From contig JBGFRI010000020.1 in the NCBI GenBank assembly GCA_041695225.1, forward strand, positions 1 through 55,950: a stretch of DNA of 55,950 nt, given 5' to 3'. This stretch comes from Deinococcota bacterium. GTDB lineage: Bacteria; Deinococcota; Deinococci; Deinococcales; Thermaceae. The position numbers and the translations under genes were made by a program. Positions 1 to 10,824 of the stretch are shown here, piece by piece. Every line of letters starts with the position of its first letter. The stretch's first letter is position 1. The notes under the pieces are model-generated. The model worked only from the letters and a program-made list of their open reading frames with translations, was not told where the DNA came from and searched no databases.

Positions 1-116
<116 letters not shown>

Positions 117-164
117 AGGAGTTCTTTCTGGCGGCCATCGTAGCCGAACCAGACATCGCGCAAG

Positions 165-212
165 GGCTCGGTTTATCCGACCGCCAATAGGCTCGGTTTA
201 TCCGACCGCCAA
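165..212 (+). repeat. 23-bp tandem direct repeat (two small hairpins) in the 16S trailer
   Basis: GGCTCGGTTTATCCGACCGCCAA at 165-187 and 190-212; each contains a TCGG/CCGA stem. Confidence 0.9.
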
Positions 213-248
213 GCGAATACTCGCCTAACCTGCCGCTTCGGATTCAAC

Positions 249-275
249 ACCCGTCCCGTAAGGGGCGGGTTTTTT
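249..275 (+). terminator. Intrinsic terminator of the 16S transcription unit
   Basis: CCCGTCCC-GTAA-GGGGCGGG stem followed by T6. Confidence 0.88.
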
Positions 276-784
276 GTCAAGGAGAGGGCTCAGGAAGACT
301 TGCTGAGGTTTTATGGTTTCAGACAGGCGCTAGCGCAACAGTTCCCCCACAGAGCAATAACTCCATAGCTCTGAACGGAGCTGCAAATCTGAATGCGACG
401 TCAACCCCCAGTGTGTCATCACCCAGGTCGCGATCCCTGCAATAACTACCGAACCTGGCCCTCGATCTGTTGCTCCGGCTGAGCGCCAGTCCTCACGTAG
501 CTTATTACATTACAGCACGGTGCTGGCAGATTCTCTTGGGCAGCCTGCAGATCACGACCCACCAACTGAATAGATGCGTAGCTAGACCTACTATCATTTC
601 ATGGCTCAGAGGACGATTTTGGCAAATGGTCTTGTTCTGGGGCGCCCGGTACTCGAGGCGCTATTTCGAATATGCCGAGCAGAATACGCCCTGGCATATG
701 TGCCCTTATGCACGACTTCCACCCAAAATCGGTGTACACTGTGCCTAAGTACCCATTGCTGGGTCATTGGGAAGCAGTAGCTGT

Positions 785-1336
785 ATGCGTTATTCAATTG
801 GTTCGCGCCGCCGTAAACCCAGGCGCGGCATTGCTGGGGCTAATGGACCCCAGCTAGCGCCGCAGTCCCGCCGACGTGTCACCTCGGCCGGAGGCGTGGT
901 CTTGCGCGAGAGGGCCGGTGGCAAGGGGCTGGAGGTACTGCTAATAGCCATTAAAGACGGACGGGTCTGGAGCCTGCCCAAAGGCCAGGTGGAGATGGGG
1001 GAGCGCTATCCCCAGACAGCAGTCCGCGAGGTGCGGGAAGAGACTGGTATCGAGGCCAGGGTGCTGGCTTCTTTGGGCAGTATCCGGTATCACTTTACGG
1101 TCAAAGACCATGGAATTCAGACTACCGTGACCAAGGAGGTGCATCACTTTTTGATGACCTATGTGGCGGGACTGCCCAGACCCCAAAAAGAAGAGGTAGA
1201 CGGGGTGGAGTGGTTCCCGGTGTCCCATGCGCTCAAGCTGCTTTCGCATCGGAACGAGCGCAACGCCGTGTTGAAGGCGCTGGTTTGCTGGGATACCAAA
1301 ACCCCTCTCTCGGCCACACGAAACGGCGGGGTTTGA
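785..1336 (+). CDS. NUDIX hydrolase (Ap4A/MutT-like); start uncertain
   Basis: SAGGVV, WSLPKG and Nudix box GQVEMGERYPQTAVREVREETGI. Confidence 0.88.
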   Translation: MRYSIGSRRRKPRRGIAGANGPQLAPQSRRRVTSAGGVVLRERAGGKGLEVLLIAIKDGRVWSLPKGQVEMGERYPQTAVREVREETGIEARVLASLGSIRYHFTVKDHGIQTTVTKEVHHFLMTYVAGLPRPQKEEVDGVEWFPVSHALKLLSHRNERNAVLKALVCWDTKTPLSATRNGGV

Positions 1337-1348
1337 TGGAACTTCGTC

Positions 1349-2320
1349 TCACGGTTCCAAAATCACCTTCCCCGTGTTCATGCGGCTTTGCACAAAGGCA
1401 AAGGCCCTGGCTGCCTCTTCCAGTCGGAAGCGCTCGCCCACCACTGGCCTGATCTTGCCGGATGCAATCAGTGGCATCAGGAACGCTGTAGCGGCCTGCA
1501 TCTGGTCAGCGTCGCTCAAAAAGGGGGTAAGCCAGACCCCAGTCACGCTCTGGTTGCCCTTCATCAGGCTCACCGGGTAGATCTGGGCCATTTCGCGCGA
1601 GGCCGAGCCAATCACCAGCAGCCGGCCTCGGTAGGCCAGCATCCCCAGGCTGTGGGCGAAACCCGCTCCCCCTACCACCTCCATCAGAATGTCTACCCCT
1701 TTACCATCGGCGGCGTTTCTGACCGCCTCTACCAGGTTGTCCTGGTTGTAAAGCAGGGTTACATCGGCCCCCAGACGGCGGCAAAGGGCCAGCTTTTCCT
1801 CGCTGCTGGCCAGGGCCACCACCCGCAAGCCCATCGCCCTGGCAATCTGAATCGAGGCCGTGCCCAGCGCGCCGGCGGCAGCCTGAATCAAAACCCATTG
1901 GCCGGGCCTGGCCTGGGCCTGGGTTTGCAGGGCGAAATAGGCGGTCAGGTAAGAGACCGGGAAGGCCGCCGCTTCGGCAGCACTCATCTGGGGCGGAACC
2001 GCCAGCACCGAGCGGGCATGCGCAACTGAATACTCGGCAAAAGCCCCGCTTCCCCCCAGCGCCGCCACCCGCTGACCCCTTTGCAGCCCCTCTACCCCCT
2101 CGCCCAGCTCCTCAACCAGCCCGGCAAATTCCATACCGGGAATCATGGGGTAGCGGGTGCGCACCAGATACTCACCCGCCACATACAGGATATCGGCGAA
2201 GTTGAGGCCCACTGCCTCGACCTTGATGAGCACCTGCCCGGCGCCAGGGCTGGGTTTAGGAAGGCTGGTAAGCTCCAAGACTTCGGGGCCGCCCGCTCGG
2301 TGTACCTGGATGGCTTTCAT
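1349..2320 (-). CDS. NADPH:quinone oxidoreductase / zeta-crystallin family (MDR)
   Basis: MKAIQV..GGPEVL start, GLNFAD, PGMEFAG, AAAGALG, GKVIL end; TATGCT -10 7 nt upstream of ATG 2320. Confidence 0.92.
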   Translation of the reverse strand: MKAIQVHRAGGPEVLELTSLPKPSPGAGQVLIKVEAVGLNFADILYVAGEYLVRTRYPMIPGMEFAGLVEELGEGVEGLQRGQRVAALGGSGAFAEYSVAHARSVLAVPPQMSAAEAAAFPVSYLTAYFALQTQAQARPGQWVLIQAAAGALGTASIQIARAMGLRVVALASSEEKLALCRRLGADVTLLYNQDNLVEAVRNAADGKGVDILMEVVGGAGFAHSLGMLAYRGRLLVIGSASREMAQIYPVSLMKGNQSVTGVWLTPFLSDADQMQAATAFLMPLIASGKIRPVVGERFRLEEAARAFAFVQSRMNTGKVILEP

Positions 2321-2338
2321 GCTGAGCAGCATAATGCA

Positions 2339-2367
2339 GATAGCTGATGGCTTATAGCCAATAGCTC
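2339..2367. repeat. Heptamer tandem array (NATAGCY type)
   Basis: GATAGCT GATGGCT TATAGCC AATAGCT. Confidence 0.75.
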
Positions 2368-2471
2368 GACGACCCCTGTACTTAGCCAGGCACAAGGCCT
2401 GCGAACGTCCCCCGGAAATGTAGCTCCACCGAAGAATGATCTTGGCCCTGGGAGGTATTCTGGGCGCCGGT

Positions 2472-4070
2472 ATGGCAAGAAAAGCGATTGTAATTGGCTC
2501 GGGGATTGGCGGCCTGGCCATGGGTCTGCGCCTGCAAAGCCTGGGCTTCGATACCATCATCTTGGAAAAACTGGACGCCCCGGGTGGGAAGGCCTATGTG
2601 CGCAAAGTGGATGGCTTCACCTTCGACATGGGTCCTACTGTTATTACCGTACCGCATTTCATCGAGGAGCTTTTCTCCCTACAGCGTGGCCAGTCGAACC
2701 TCAACCTGCCCGACTTCCCGGCGGAGGTGCTGGGCGAAGACAAGCGCATCAGGACCGGCGTCTCCGGCGGCAAGAACACCAGTAGATATGTAACGCTTGT
2801 CCCCATTCTCCCCTTCTACCGCATCTATTTTGACGACGGCAGCTTTTTTGACTACGACGGCGACCCCGAGAATACCCGGCGGCAGGTGCAGGCGTTGGGC
2901 CAGCCGGGCGACCTCGAGGCATACGAGCGCTTTCACGCAAATGCAAAGGCGATTTTCCAACGGGGCTTTCTCGAGCTGGGCTACACCCACTTTGGCGACC
3001 TGGGCACCATGCTGCGCGTCGTGCCCGACCTGTTACGCCTGGATGCTGTGCGCACCCTCTTCAGCTTCACTGCCAAATATTTCAAGAGCGACAAGCTGCG
3101 CCAGGTCTTTAGCCTCGAGACCCTGCTGGTGGGTGGCAACCCCCTGGCGGTTCCGGCCATCTACGCCATGATTCACTTTGTCGAAAAGACCTGGGGCATT
3201 CACTTTGTCATGGGCGGCACGGGTGTGCTGGTCAAAGCCCTGGTACAAAAATTCGACGAGCTGGGCGGCATCATGCGCTATAACGCCGAGGTGAAACAGA
3301 TCAACGTGGTGCGCCAGGGTAGTAAGAAGACTGCCAAGGGCGTTACGCTGGCCGACGGTAGAGTCTTAGACGCCGACCTGGTGGTATCCAACGCCGACTA
3401 CGCCAACACCTATCTCAAGCTGATCGAGCCACAGTACCGCTTCTGGCATTCGGACCTGGTGGTTAAAAACCGCCCGCAGAGCATCTCGCTGGTGGTGATC
3501 TACTTCGGCTTCCGGGCCAATGGCAACGAGGGCGAGAAGCTGCGCCACCACAACATCATCCTGGGACCACGGTACCAGGAGCTACTCAGGGACATTTTTG
3601 GCCGGAAAATTCTACCCAAGGACTTCAGCCAGTACCTGCACATCCCCACCCTGACCGACCCCACCCTGGCACCGCCGGGCCATCATGCCGCCTATACCCT
3701 GATACCCGTACCGCACAACGGCAGCAAGCTGGACTGGGACCTGCTGGGTGAGCCCTTTGCGTGCAAAGTTCTAACCTTCCTCGATGAGCGCGGCTACCTT
3801 CCAGGCCTGATGCACCGCCTGGTACACCAGAGCTTCATCACCCCCGACTACTTCGAGCACACCCTAAACAGCTACCTGGGCAACGCCTTCGGGCCAGAAC
3901 CTATTCTGGCTCAGTCGGCGTTTTTCCGACCTCACAATAAGAGTGAGGACATCGCCAATCTGTACATGGTAGGGGCAGGCGTCCAGCCTGGAGCAGGTAC
4001 CCCCAGCGTGATGATGTCTGCCAAGATGACTGCCCGGCTGGTGGCAAGGGATTTTGGAATCATGGACTAG
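2472..4070 (+). CDS. crtI: Phytoene desaturase (CrtI family)
   Basis: VIGSGIGG Rossmann motif, [13 protein letters not shown]-terminal [23 protein letters not shown]. Confidence 0.92.
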   Translation: MARKAIVIGSGIGGLAMGLRLQSLGFDTIILEKLDAPGGKAYVRKVDGFTFDMGPTVITVPHFIEELFSLQRGQSNLNLPDFPAEVLGEDKRIRTGVSGGKNTSRYVTLVPILPFYRIYFDDGSFFDYDGDPENTRRQVQALGQPGDLEAYERFHANAKAIFQRGFLELGYTHFGDLGTMLRVVPDLLRLDAVRTLFSFTAKYFKSDKLRQVFSLETLLVGGNPLAVPAIYAMIHFVEKTWGIHFVMGGTGVLVKALVQKFDELGGIMRYNAEVKQINVVRQGSKKTAKGVTLADGRVLDADLVVSNADYANTYLKLIEPQYRFWHSDLVVKNRPQSISLVVIYFGFRANGNEGEKLRHHNIILGPRYQELLRDIFGRKILPKDFSQYLHIPTLTDPTLAPPGHHAAYTLIPVPHNGSKLDWDLLGEPFACKVLTFLDERGYLPGLMHRLVHQSFITPDYFEHTLNSYLGNAFGPEPILAQSAFFRPHNKSEDIANLYMVGAGVQPGAGTPSVMMSAKMTARLVARDFGIMD

Positions 4071-4399
4071 CTGACAAACATGCATGCGCCGTAGTAACCT
4101 GAAACCAGATGGCCCTAGAGCGGCGCAGTGGACAGGCCCCAGCTGGAGCGGGCTGCATCGGTCTACCCTTGAAACACGGGTCTTTGGCTGTGGGAAGTGG
4201 GACATGGGTAAAATCGATCTGGGTAAACCTGGCCGAACGCGGGCTGGTTCCTGCCCCACTTCGCGGCAAAGGAAGCGTCTAGAGGCTCAGTAAAAGAGTA
4301 TCGGCCAACTTGTGCCCTCTGCAAGCAAGAGCTTTGAGGACTGGCTAGAGTACCTGCGCCTTGCTCGCATGTTCAGTGTGGCAAATAGAGATGGAGGGT

Positions 4400-4566
4400 A
4401 TGGAGACTTTAGGGAAGCCCAATGTGTGGGTCGCAGCGTAAGCTCGAGCTGGCCGATATAGACGCTGCCTTGCAGTATGCAGCATATCTGGCCGAGGAGT
4501 GCGAGGTTAGTACTGCGTGAAGTTTAGGACGAGCGGACTCGAGTCCGTATCCTGACGCTGACCTGA
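4400..4566 (+). pseudogene. Internally deleted DUF433 antitoxin / DUF5615 PIN-toxin pair (remnant)
   Basis: GGAGG+ATG (METLGKP), then frame KLELADIDAALQYAAYLAEECEV* (DUF433-like C-terminus); stop overlaps GTG AAG TTT (MKF), followed by DERTRVRILTL*. Confidence 0.6.
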
Positions 4567-4586
4567 AGCCCGAAACTGTCCGTAGT

Positions 4587-5525
4587 TCAATCCTTCAGTT
4601 TCTTCACCGCCTCAATTAGCGCAGGCAAGACCTGGTGTACGTCACCCACAATCCCATAGTCGGCAATTTTGAATATGGGGGCCTCGGCGTCTTTGTTCAC
4701 CGCCACGATGTACTTGCTTTTGTTCATGCCCGACTGGTGCTGCACCGCACCGCTGACCGCCAGGGCGATATACAGGCTGGGCTGCACCGTCTTGCCGGTC
4801 TGGCCCACCTGTTCACCGTAGGGCCGCCAGCCCGCATCTACAGCCGCGCGGGTCGCGCCCACGGCTGCACCCAAAGCCCTGGCCAGCTCTTCTACCCCCG
4901 CAAAGGCCTCGGGGCTGCCCAGCCCGCGCCCGCCCGTAACCACCACCGTGGCCTCGGTCAACGAGACGCCTTTTTTCTGTTCCAGCACGCGCTCCAAGAC
5001 CTCTACGCCGGCGGGAACCTCCACCCTCAGGCTCTCCACCGTGCCGCTGCCCTGGGGCTCGGCTAAAGGAGTGGTGTTGGGCTTGGCGGTAAGTACCACC
5101 GGCAGGGCAGCCCGCTGACGCTCGGTCACGCGGTTGAGAAAGCTATAACGGGTGCCGCTCACGCTGCTGCCATCGGTGCTGGTCTCAAGTGTGTCCTCCA
5201 TCAGCCCGGCCTTCATCTTGTAGGCCAGCCGTGCTGTCCAGGTGCGGCTCTGGCGACCCCCGGTGGCTATCACTACTCTGGCCCCGCTCTTCTGGGCGGC
5301 TGCATAGGCGGCCTCGGCCCACTTCTCTGCGGTGTAGCCACCCACCTCGGCGGCGTAGACCACCGGCAAATACTGCGCGGCCTCCTGGGCCAACATCTGG
5401 GTGTTTTCTCCGATCACCAGACCCATTACTGGTCCCAAAGAGCTTAACTGCCGGGCACGGCCGATGGCTTCCAGGGCGCCTTTGCGCAGGCGCTGGGTGT
5501 CGTGTTCTAAAACAACTAAGATCAT
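4587..5525 (-). CDS. etfA: Electron transfer flavoprotein alpha subunit
   Basis: VVTGGRG, AVGATRAAVDAGW, QVGQTGKTV, SGAVQH, VNKDAEAPIF; GGAGG RBS. Confidence 0.97.
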   Translation of the reverse strand: MILVVLEHDTQRLRKGALEAIGRARQLSSLGPVMGLVIGENTQMLAQEAAQYLPVVYAAEVGGYTAEKWAEAAYAAAQKSGARVVIATGGRQSRTWTARLAYKMKAGLMEDTLETSTDGSSVSGTRYSFLNRVTERQRAALPVVLTAKPNTTPLAEPQGSGTVESLRVEVPAGVEVLERVLEQKKGVSLTEATVVVTGGRGLGSPEAFAGVEELARALGAAVGATRAAVDAGWRPYGEQVGQTGKTVQPSLYIALAVSGAVQHQSGMNKSKYIVAVNKDAEAPIFKIADYGIVGDVHQVLPALIEAVKKLKD

Positions 5526-5541
5526 GGACTCCTCCAACTCC

Positions 5542-5607
5542 GTCGAAGGTCGAAGGACAAACGTCTTTTGGGGTTTGACCTTCGACTTTCGACCTTAGGC
5601 CTTCGAC
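5542..5607. repeat. Heptamer hairpin (GTCGAAG / CTTCGAC type) between etfB and etfA
   Basis: GTCGAAG GTCGAAG GACAAAC ... GACCTTC GACTTTC GACCTTA GGCCTTC GAC; inverted arms. Confidence 0.85.
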
Positions 5608-5608
5608 A

Positions 5609-6355
5609 TCAGATAACCTTCGCTTCTTGGTGCAACAGCCGCACCAGCTCACTCGCCGCTGCCGCCGGGTCTTTGCCGTCAATTATCTTGTTCAGCCTCG
5701 AGCGCTCCTGGATGGTCTGCTCGAGCACCTCGACCTTGCTAGAAATGCTCAGGGGAAGTTTTTTTAGCTCCTTGCGCTTGGCCTTCATGATGCCCGGCAG
5801 GGTGGGGTAGCGCGGCTCGTTGATGCCCTGCTGGGTGGTAAAGACTGCTGGCAGGGCCACCCGCACCAACTCGGCCCCTTCGTCGAGGTCGTGCCTGGCT
5901 TTGGCGTGGGTCTGGCCCTCCAGTTCGATCTGGGTTGTCCAGCTCACCACCGGCCAGCCCAGCGCCTCGGCAATGGCCGCGCCCAGGGCCTGGGAGTCCC
6001 AGTCGGCCTGCTGCCCGCCGGTAATCACCAGGTTGGGGGCCTCGGCGCGGAGGGTCTCGGCCAGGGCCTCGGCCTGGCTGATGGGGTCAAGGTAGCCGTC
6101 GGCCACCAGGTGTACAGCCCGGTCGACGCCCATGGCCAGCGCGGTGCGGATGGCCTCCTCGGTGCGCTCGGGGCCCAGGGACACCACCACGCTCTCGCCG
6201 CCATGCTTCTCCTGTAGCCGGATGACCTCCTCCACCGCCCACTCGTCCATCTGGTCGAGGATCATGGTGACGCCCGAAAGGTCTACTTTTCCCCCGGCAA
6301 TCTTGAGCCGGGACTCGCCGTCGGGGACTTGTCGGATGACTGCTATGAATTTCAC
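5609..6355 (-). CDS. etfB: Electron transfer flavoprotein beta subunit
   Basis: RQVPD, ALAMGVD, GGQQAD, INEPRYPTLPGIMKAK; GTG start with GGAGG. Confidence 0.97.
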   Translation of the reverse strand: MKFIAVIRQVPDGESRLKIAGGKVDLSGVTMILDQMDEWAVEEVIRLQEKHGGESVVVSLGPERTEEAIRTALAMGVDRAVHLVADGYLDPISQAEALAETLRAEAPNLVITGGQQADWDSQALGAAIAEALGWPVVSWTTQIELEGQTHAKARHDLDEGAELVRVALPAVFTTQQGINEPRYPTLPGIMKAKRKELKKLPLSISSKVEVLEQTIQERSRLNKIIDGKDPAAAASELVRLLHQEAKVI

Positions 6356-6371
6356 GTGTACCTCCAGGATG

Positions 6372-6403
6372 GGTCTATGGTCTATGGACGATGGTCTATG
6401 GTC
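6372..6403. repeat. Heptamer array (GGTCTAT)n, one arm of the inverted repeat around the four-helix-bundle gene
   Basis: GGTCTAT GGTCTAT GGACGAT GGTCTAT GGTC. Confidence 0.85.
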
Positions 6404-6816
6404 AAGCCCCGATTGAAGTCTGGGTCGAGGCTCTTGAGCAGTGCGTTAAGCTTACCGTTTAGAGCGCTGGCTAGATCGTATAGAGGTTGAACTTGGGTTT
6501 GCTGACTAAAACCCAATTCGGTGGCCAGGTTGAGGGAGCAGACCGTCTCAAGTAACGAACCTCGAGCCTGGTACAAGAAGCGGCAAAAGTCTTTGTCGGT
6601 ACTGCGTCCTTTCCCTTCGGCAATGTTGAGCGCGATGGAGTTAGCAGCGCGTCTGAGTTGGCTGGTCAAGCCAAATCGCTCCTTTTCGGGGAAGGCTTCG
6701 CTGAAACGATAGATTTGCACCGAGAAGGCCACGCTCAAATGGTAGACCTCGAGCTGTTCAAATCCAAAAAAACCGTTGCTGCTAAGTTGCCGGGCTTTAC
6801 GCTGCTTATTTTCCAT
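6382..6816 (-). CDS. Four helix bundle protein (23S IVS protein / Avd-like family)
   Basis: FEQLEVY...FPEKERFGLTSQLRRAANSIALNIAEGKGR...FLYQARGSLLET signature; visibly lower GC than its neighbours. Confidence 0.93.
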   Translation of the reverse strand: MENKQRKARQLSSNGFFGFEQLEVYHLSVAFSVQIYRFSEAFPEKERFGLTSQLRRAANSIALNIAEGKGRSTDKDFCRFLYQARGSLLETVCSLNLATELGFSQQTQVQPLYDLASALNGKLNALLKSLDPDFNRGLTIDHRP

Positions 6817-6875
6817 AGAACCAGTTCTTTTTGGCTATTTCGGCTATAGTCGAAAACAATCGACCGCAGACACCT

Positions 6876-6913
6876 AGACTATGGACCATCGACAATAGAC
6901 CATCGGCTATAGG

Positions 6914-6922
<9 letters not shown>
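6876..6922. repeat. Heptamer array, other arm of the inverted repeat; contains the acd stop codon
   Basis: AGACTAT GGACCAT CGACAAT AGACCAT CGGCTAT AGGCTAT TGGCT. Confidence 0.85.
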
Positions 6923-8059
<1,137 letters not shown>

Positions 8060-8065
8060 AAACCA

Positions 8066-8134
8066 GGCCGATAGCGAATGGCTCATAGCGAATAGCTTGT
8101 TTAGCTATCGGCTATTAGCTATTGGCTATCGGCT
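8066..8134. repeat. Heptamer hairpin (32-bp arms, 5-nt loop) in the acd 5' leader
   Basis: 8066-8097 versus reverse complement of 8103-8134: 26/32 identical. Confidence 0.88.
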
Positions 8135-8161
8135 CTTTGTCACCTCCTAACAAAAAACTTC

Positions 8162-8176
8162 TTATACTTAGTATAA
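8162..8176. promoter_or_regulatory. FadR (Thermus TetR-type) operator overlapping the acd-etfBA -10
   Basis: Palindrome TTATACT-T-AGTATAA fits TTRNACYNRGTNYAA (T. thermophilus FadR consensus, from memory); lies upstream of beta-oxidation genes. Confidence 0.75.
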
Positions 8177-8335
8177 CTTCCTGCCACGGCCTGTCTATTG
8201 TGTGGCTGGTTTGGCGAGGAAGAAGCGTTATGCATGGAAATCTACTGCCACAGGTCTCGATTCTAGAGTCCAACGCCCAAAACCTGTGACCGACTCAAGG
8301 CCAGTCATCGCCACAAAGAACGTAAAATCGCTGCT

Positions 8336-9382
8336 ATGAGCATACTGTTCAGCCCCTTGAAACTGCGTTCCGTCACCCTGAAAAACCGCATCGCCATGTC
8401 GCCCATGTGCCAGTACTCGGCCCAGGATGGGCAGGTGACCGACTGGCATCGGCTACACTACCCCACCCGCGCAGTTGGCGGGGCTGGGCTGATTATGGTG
8501 GAGGCCACGGCGGTGGAGCCTCGAGGCGTAATCAGCCCGGACGACCTGGGCATCTGGTCAGACGAGCATCTGGCAGGCTTGCAGGAGCTAACCCAGCATA
8601 TCAAGGCGGCGGGTGCGATTCCGGGCATCCAGATTGCTCATGCCGGGCGCAAGTCGGGCACCAGCAGCCCCTGGACGGGCGGGAAGCCGCTGCACCGCTG
8701 GACACCGGTGGCCCCCAGCCCACTGGCTTTTCAGGAGGGCTGGGCCGTTCCTGAAGAACTGGACATACAGGGCCTGGACGTGGTACGCGCCGCCTTTCAA
8801 ACAGCAGCGGCACGGTCGTTGCAAGCAGGGTTTGAGGTGCTGGAAATTCACATGGCCCACGGCTACCTGCTGCACTCCTTCCTGTCGCCCCTGACCAACC
8901 GGCGCACCGATCCCTATGGCGGGAGCCGCGAAAACCGGATGCGTTTTCCGCTGGAAGTGGTGCAGGCGGTGCGGGAGGTCTGGCCGGCCGAGCTTCCGCT
9001 GCTGGTACGGGTCTCGGCCAGCGACTGGGTGGAGGGAGGTTGGGAGATCGGCGACACGGTGGCCTTTGCAGGGGAATTGCATAAACGCGGCGTGGACTTG
9101 CTGGACTGCTCTTCGGGAGGGGCTGTACCAGGGGTGAAAATCCCACTGGGGCCAGGGTACCAGGTGCCCTTTGCCGCTCAGGTCAGGTTGTCCACAGGTT
9201 TGTCCACAGGGGCGGTGGGCCTCATTACCGAACCCTTACAAGCCGAGGCCATTCTTCAGGCAAACCAGGCCGACCTAATTCTGTTGGGCCGGGTCTTGCT
9301 ATCCGACCCCTACTGGCCCTACCGGGCCGGCAAGGCCCTGGCAGCTAAAGCATGGCCGGTGCAGTACGAGCGGGCTTTTTAA
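8336..9382 (+). CDS. Old yellow enzyme, YqjM/NamA type NADH:flavin oxidoreductase
   Basis: [41 protein letters not shown]. Confidence 0.93.
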   Translation: MSILFSPLKLRSVTLKNRIAMSPMCQYSAQDGQVTDWHRLHYPTRAVGGAGLIMVEATAVEPRGVISPDDLGIWSDEHLAGLQELTQHIKAAGAIPGIQIAHAGRKSGTSSPWTGGKPLHRWTPVAPSPLAFQEGWAVPEELDIQGLDVVRAAFQTAAARSLQAGFEVLEIHMAHGYLLHSFLSPLTNRRTDPYGGSRENRMRFPLEVVQAVREVWPAELPLLVRVSASDWVEGGWEIGDTVAFAGELHKRGVDLLDCSSGGAVPGVKIPLGPGYQVPFAAQVRLSTGLSTGAVGLITEPLQAEAILQANQADLILLGRVLLSDPYWPYRAGKALAAKAWPVQYERAF

Positions 9383-9473
9383 CGGTGGAGGGTCGAAGGC
9401 CGTCGAGATCCTCATTTGTTCTCCGATGAGCAGGCTGGGCCAGACCTCTAAAGTTTAAGACCACGATGTTGTT

Positions 9474-9512
9474 TGGCTATCAGCAATCGGCTATCGACTA
9501 TAGGCTATTTGC
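9474..9512. repeat. Heptamer tandem array (NRGCTAT)
   Basis: TGGCTAT CAGCAAT CGGCTAT CGACTAT AGGCTAT. Confidence 0.8.
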
Positions 9513-9532
9513 ATTGAGCGGTAAACTGAGCT

Positions 9533-9940
9533 ATGGAGAACCCTTGGAAAGGCTTTGTGCCTCAAGCACCCACCCGACAGGGCAGGGCGGAATGGTTTAG
9601 CGGTTCGGTCTATCTGAGCGAGCTGGTAACTACCCCAGCACCGATGAATCTGCACCTGTTGCGGGTCATTTTTACGCCTGGTGCACGCACGGCCTGGCAC
9701 ACCCACCCCCAGGGGCAGGTGCTGCATGTCGAGGCCGGGATTGGGTGGTTCCAGCGCTGGGGCGGGCCGGTGCTCGAGATGAAAGCCGGCGACACCATCT
9801 ATTTTCCGCCAGGCGAGAAACACTGGCACGGAGCAAGCGCGACCCATACTATGGTCCACCTGGCAATCCAGGCGGCAGCAGACGGAGTGAGCACCGAGTG
9901 GTTGGAGCATGTATCGGATGAAGAGTACCGGCTAAAATGA
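9533..9940 (+). CDS. Cupin domain protein
   Basis: FTPGARTAWHTHPQGQ, PGEKHWHGA, MVHLAI, WLEHVSDEEY. Confidence 0.92.
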   Translation: MENPWKGFVPQAPTRQGRAEWFSGSVYLSELVTTPAPMNLHLLRVIFTPGARTAWHTHPQGQVLHVEAGIGWFQRWGGPVLEMKAGDTIYFPPGEKHWHGASATHTMVHLAIQAAADGVSTEWLEHVSDEEYRLK

Positions 9941-9999
9941 CCGCCCCTGGATGGCTTCGGATTCAGTGTTGGGGCCGAATTTCCAGCAATAACCCTGTC

Positions 10000-10200
10000 C
10001 TTGAGATGCAGGATGAGCAGCAATGGGAAATCGCTTTCCAGCGAGCCCAGAACAAACTGATTGCCGCTGCTCGGCGGGCCAAGTAAGAAATCTCTGCTGG
10101 CAACGCTGAACCGATGGACTACAGCCGGTTATGAAATCGGCCACACCCCCGTCTTTCTGGACAGTGCATGGGTTAGATGAGGAGCTACGCCACCGAGTAG
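10000..10200 (+). pseudogene. Decayed type II antitoxin + RelE/ParE-like toxin pair
   Basis: EMQDEQQWEIAFQRAQNKLIAAARRAK*EISAGNAEPMDYSRL* (internal TAA 10084), ATGA overlap into MKSATPPSFW..LDEELRHR. Confidence 0.6.
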
Positions 10201-10424
10201 GCAACGTACCTGAGCAACTGCCCAACAGCATCACGCGAAATCCGCCCCAGAAACCTGGTCGGGGTACCCAGGCGGCCCGCACCCACGGCAACGTTGCAGG
10301 GTGAACCTCAGGGACGAGGTAAGTAAGCCGTACTGCCGTGGTACGCAGCGGGGGTCAAATCAATCAGGGCTTCTCCAGCCACTATCAGCATGTTTTCTCC
10401 TGGGCGGCCTCGAGCCGAAGCCTC

Positions 10425-10531
10425 TAGCTGATAGCTTTTGACCTGCGACCCGAGACCTGCGACATTTTATTAGCCAATAGCTAATAGCCCATAGCTGATA
10501 GCTTTTGACCTGCGACCCGAGACCTGCGACA
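10425..10531. repeat. 40-bp direct repeat built from mixed heptamer units
   Basis: TAGCTGATAGCTTTTGACCTGCGACCCGAGACCTGCGACA at 10425-10464 and 10492-10531, with a TAGCCAA/TAGCTAA array between. Confidence 0.9.
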
Positions 10532-10600
10532 CTTTAAATGCTGTACACACCAGTCATTTAGGCACGTTGGGTCAGCCAGAGGTGTGAAGGCGGACCTGCC

Positions 10601-10759
10601 GCACCAAGAAGCGAAGGTTATCTGATGTCGAAGGCCTAAGGTCGAAAGTCGAAGGTCAAACCCCAAAAAACCTTTGACCTTTGTCCTTCGACCTTCGACG
10701 CACTTGTACGAGTCCATGATCCTGGTTGTCTTAGAACACGACAGCCCGCGCCTGTGCAA
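10601..10759 (+). repeat. Diverged inverted copy of the etfB 3' end / hairpin / etfA 5' end (5482-5633)
   Basis: GCACCAAGAAGCGAAGGTTATCTGA...ATGATCCTGGTTGTCTTAGAACACGAC matches the reverse complement of 5482-5633. Confidence 0.93.
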
Positions 10760-10824
10760 GCACATTGTTGCCGGTTTGGAACGCCTTGCTCTGCAACGAC
10801 CCTCAGACGATACACTATGCCACG

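Noticed and set aside
300..780. Short ORFs 470-748, 606-797 and 672-857
   Set aside because: No recognisable motif, RBS or typical codon usage.
9188..9208. Two DnaA-box-like TTGTCCACA motifs
   Set aside because: They lie inside the OYE coding sequence (LSTGLSTG), with no origin context.
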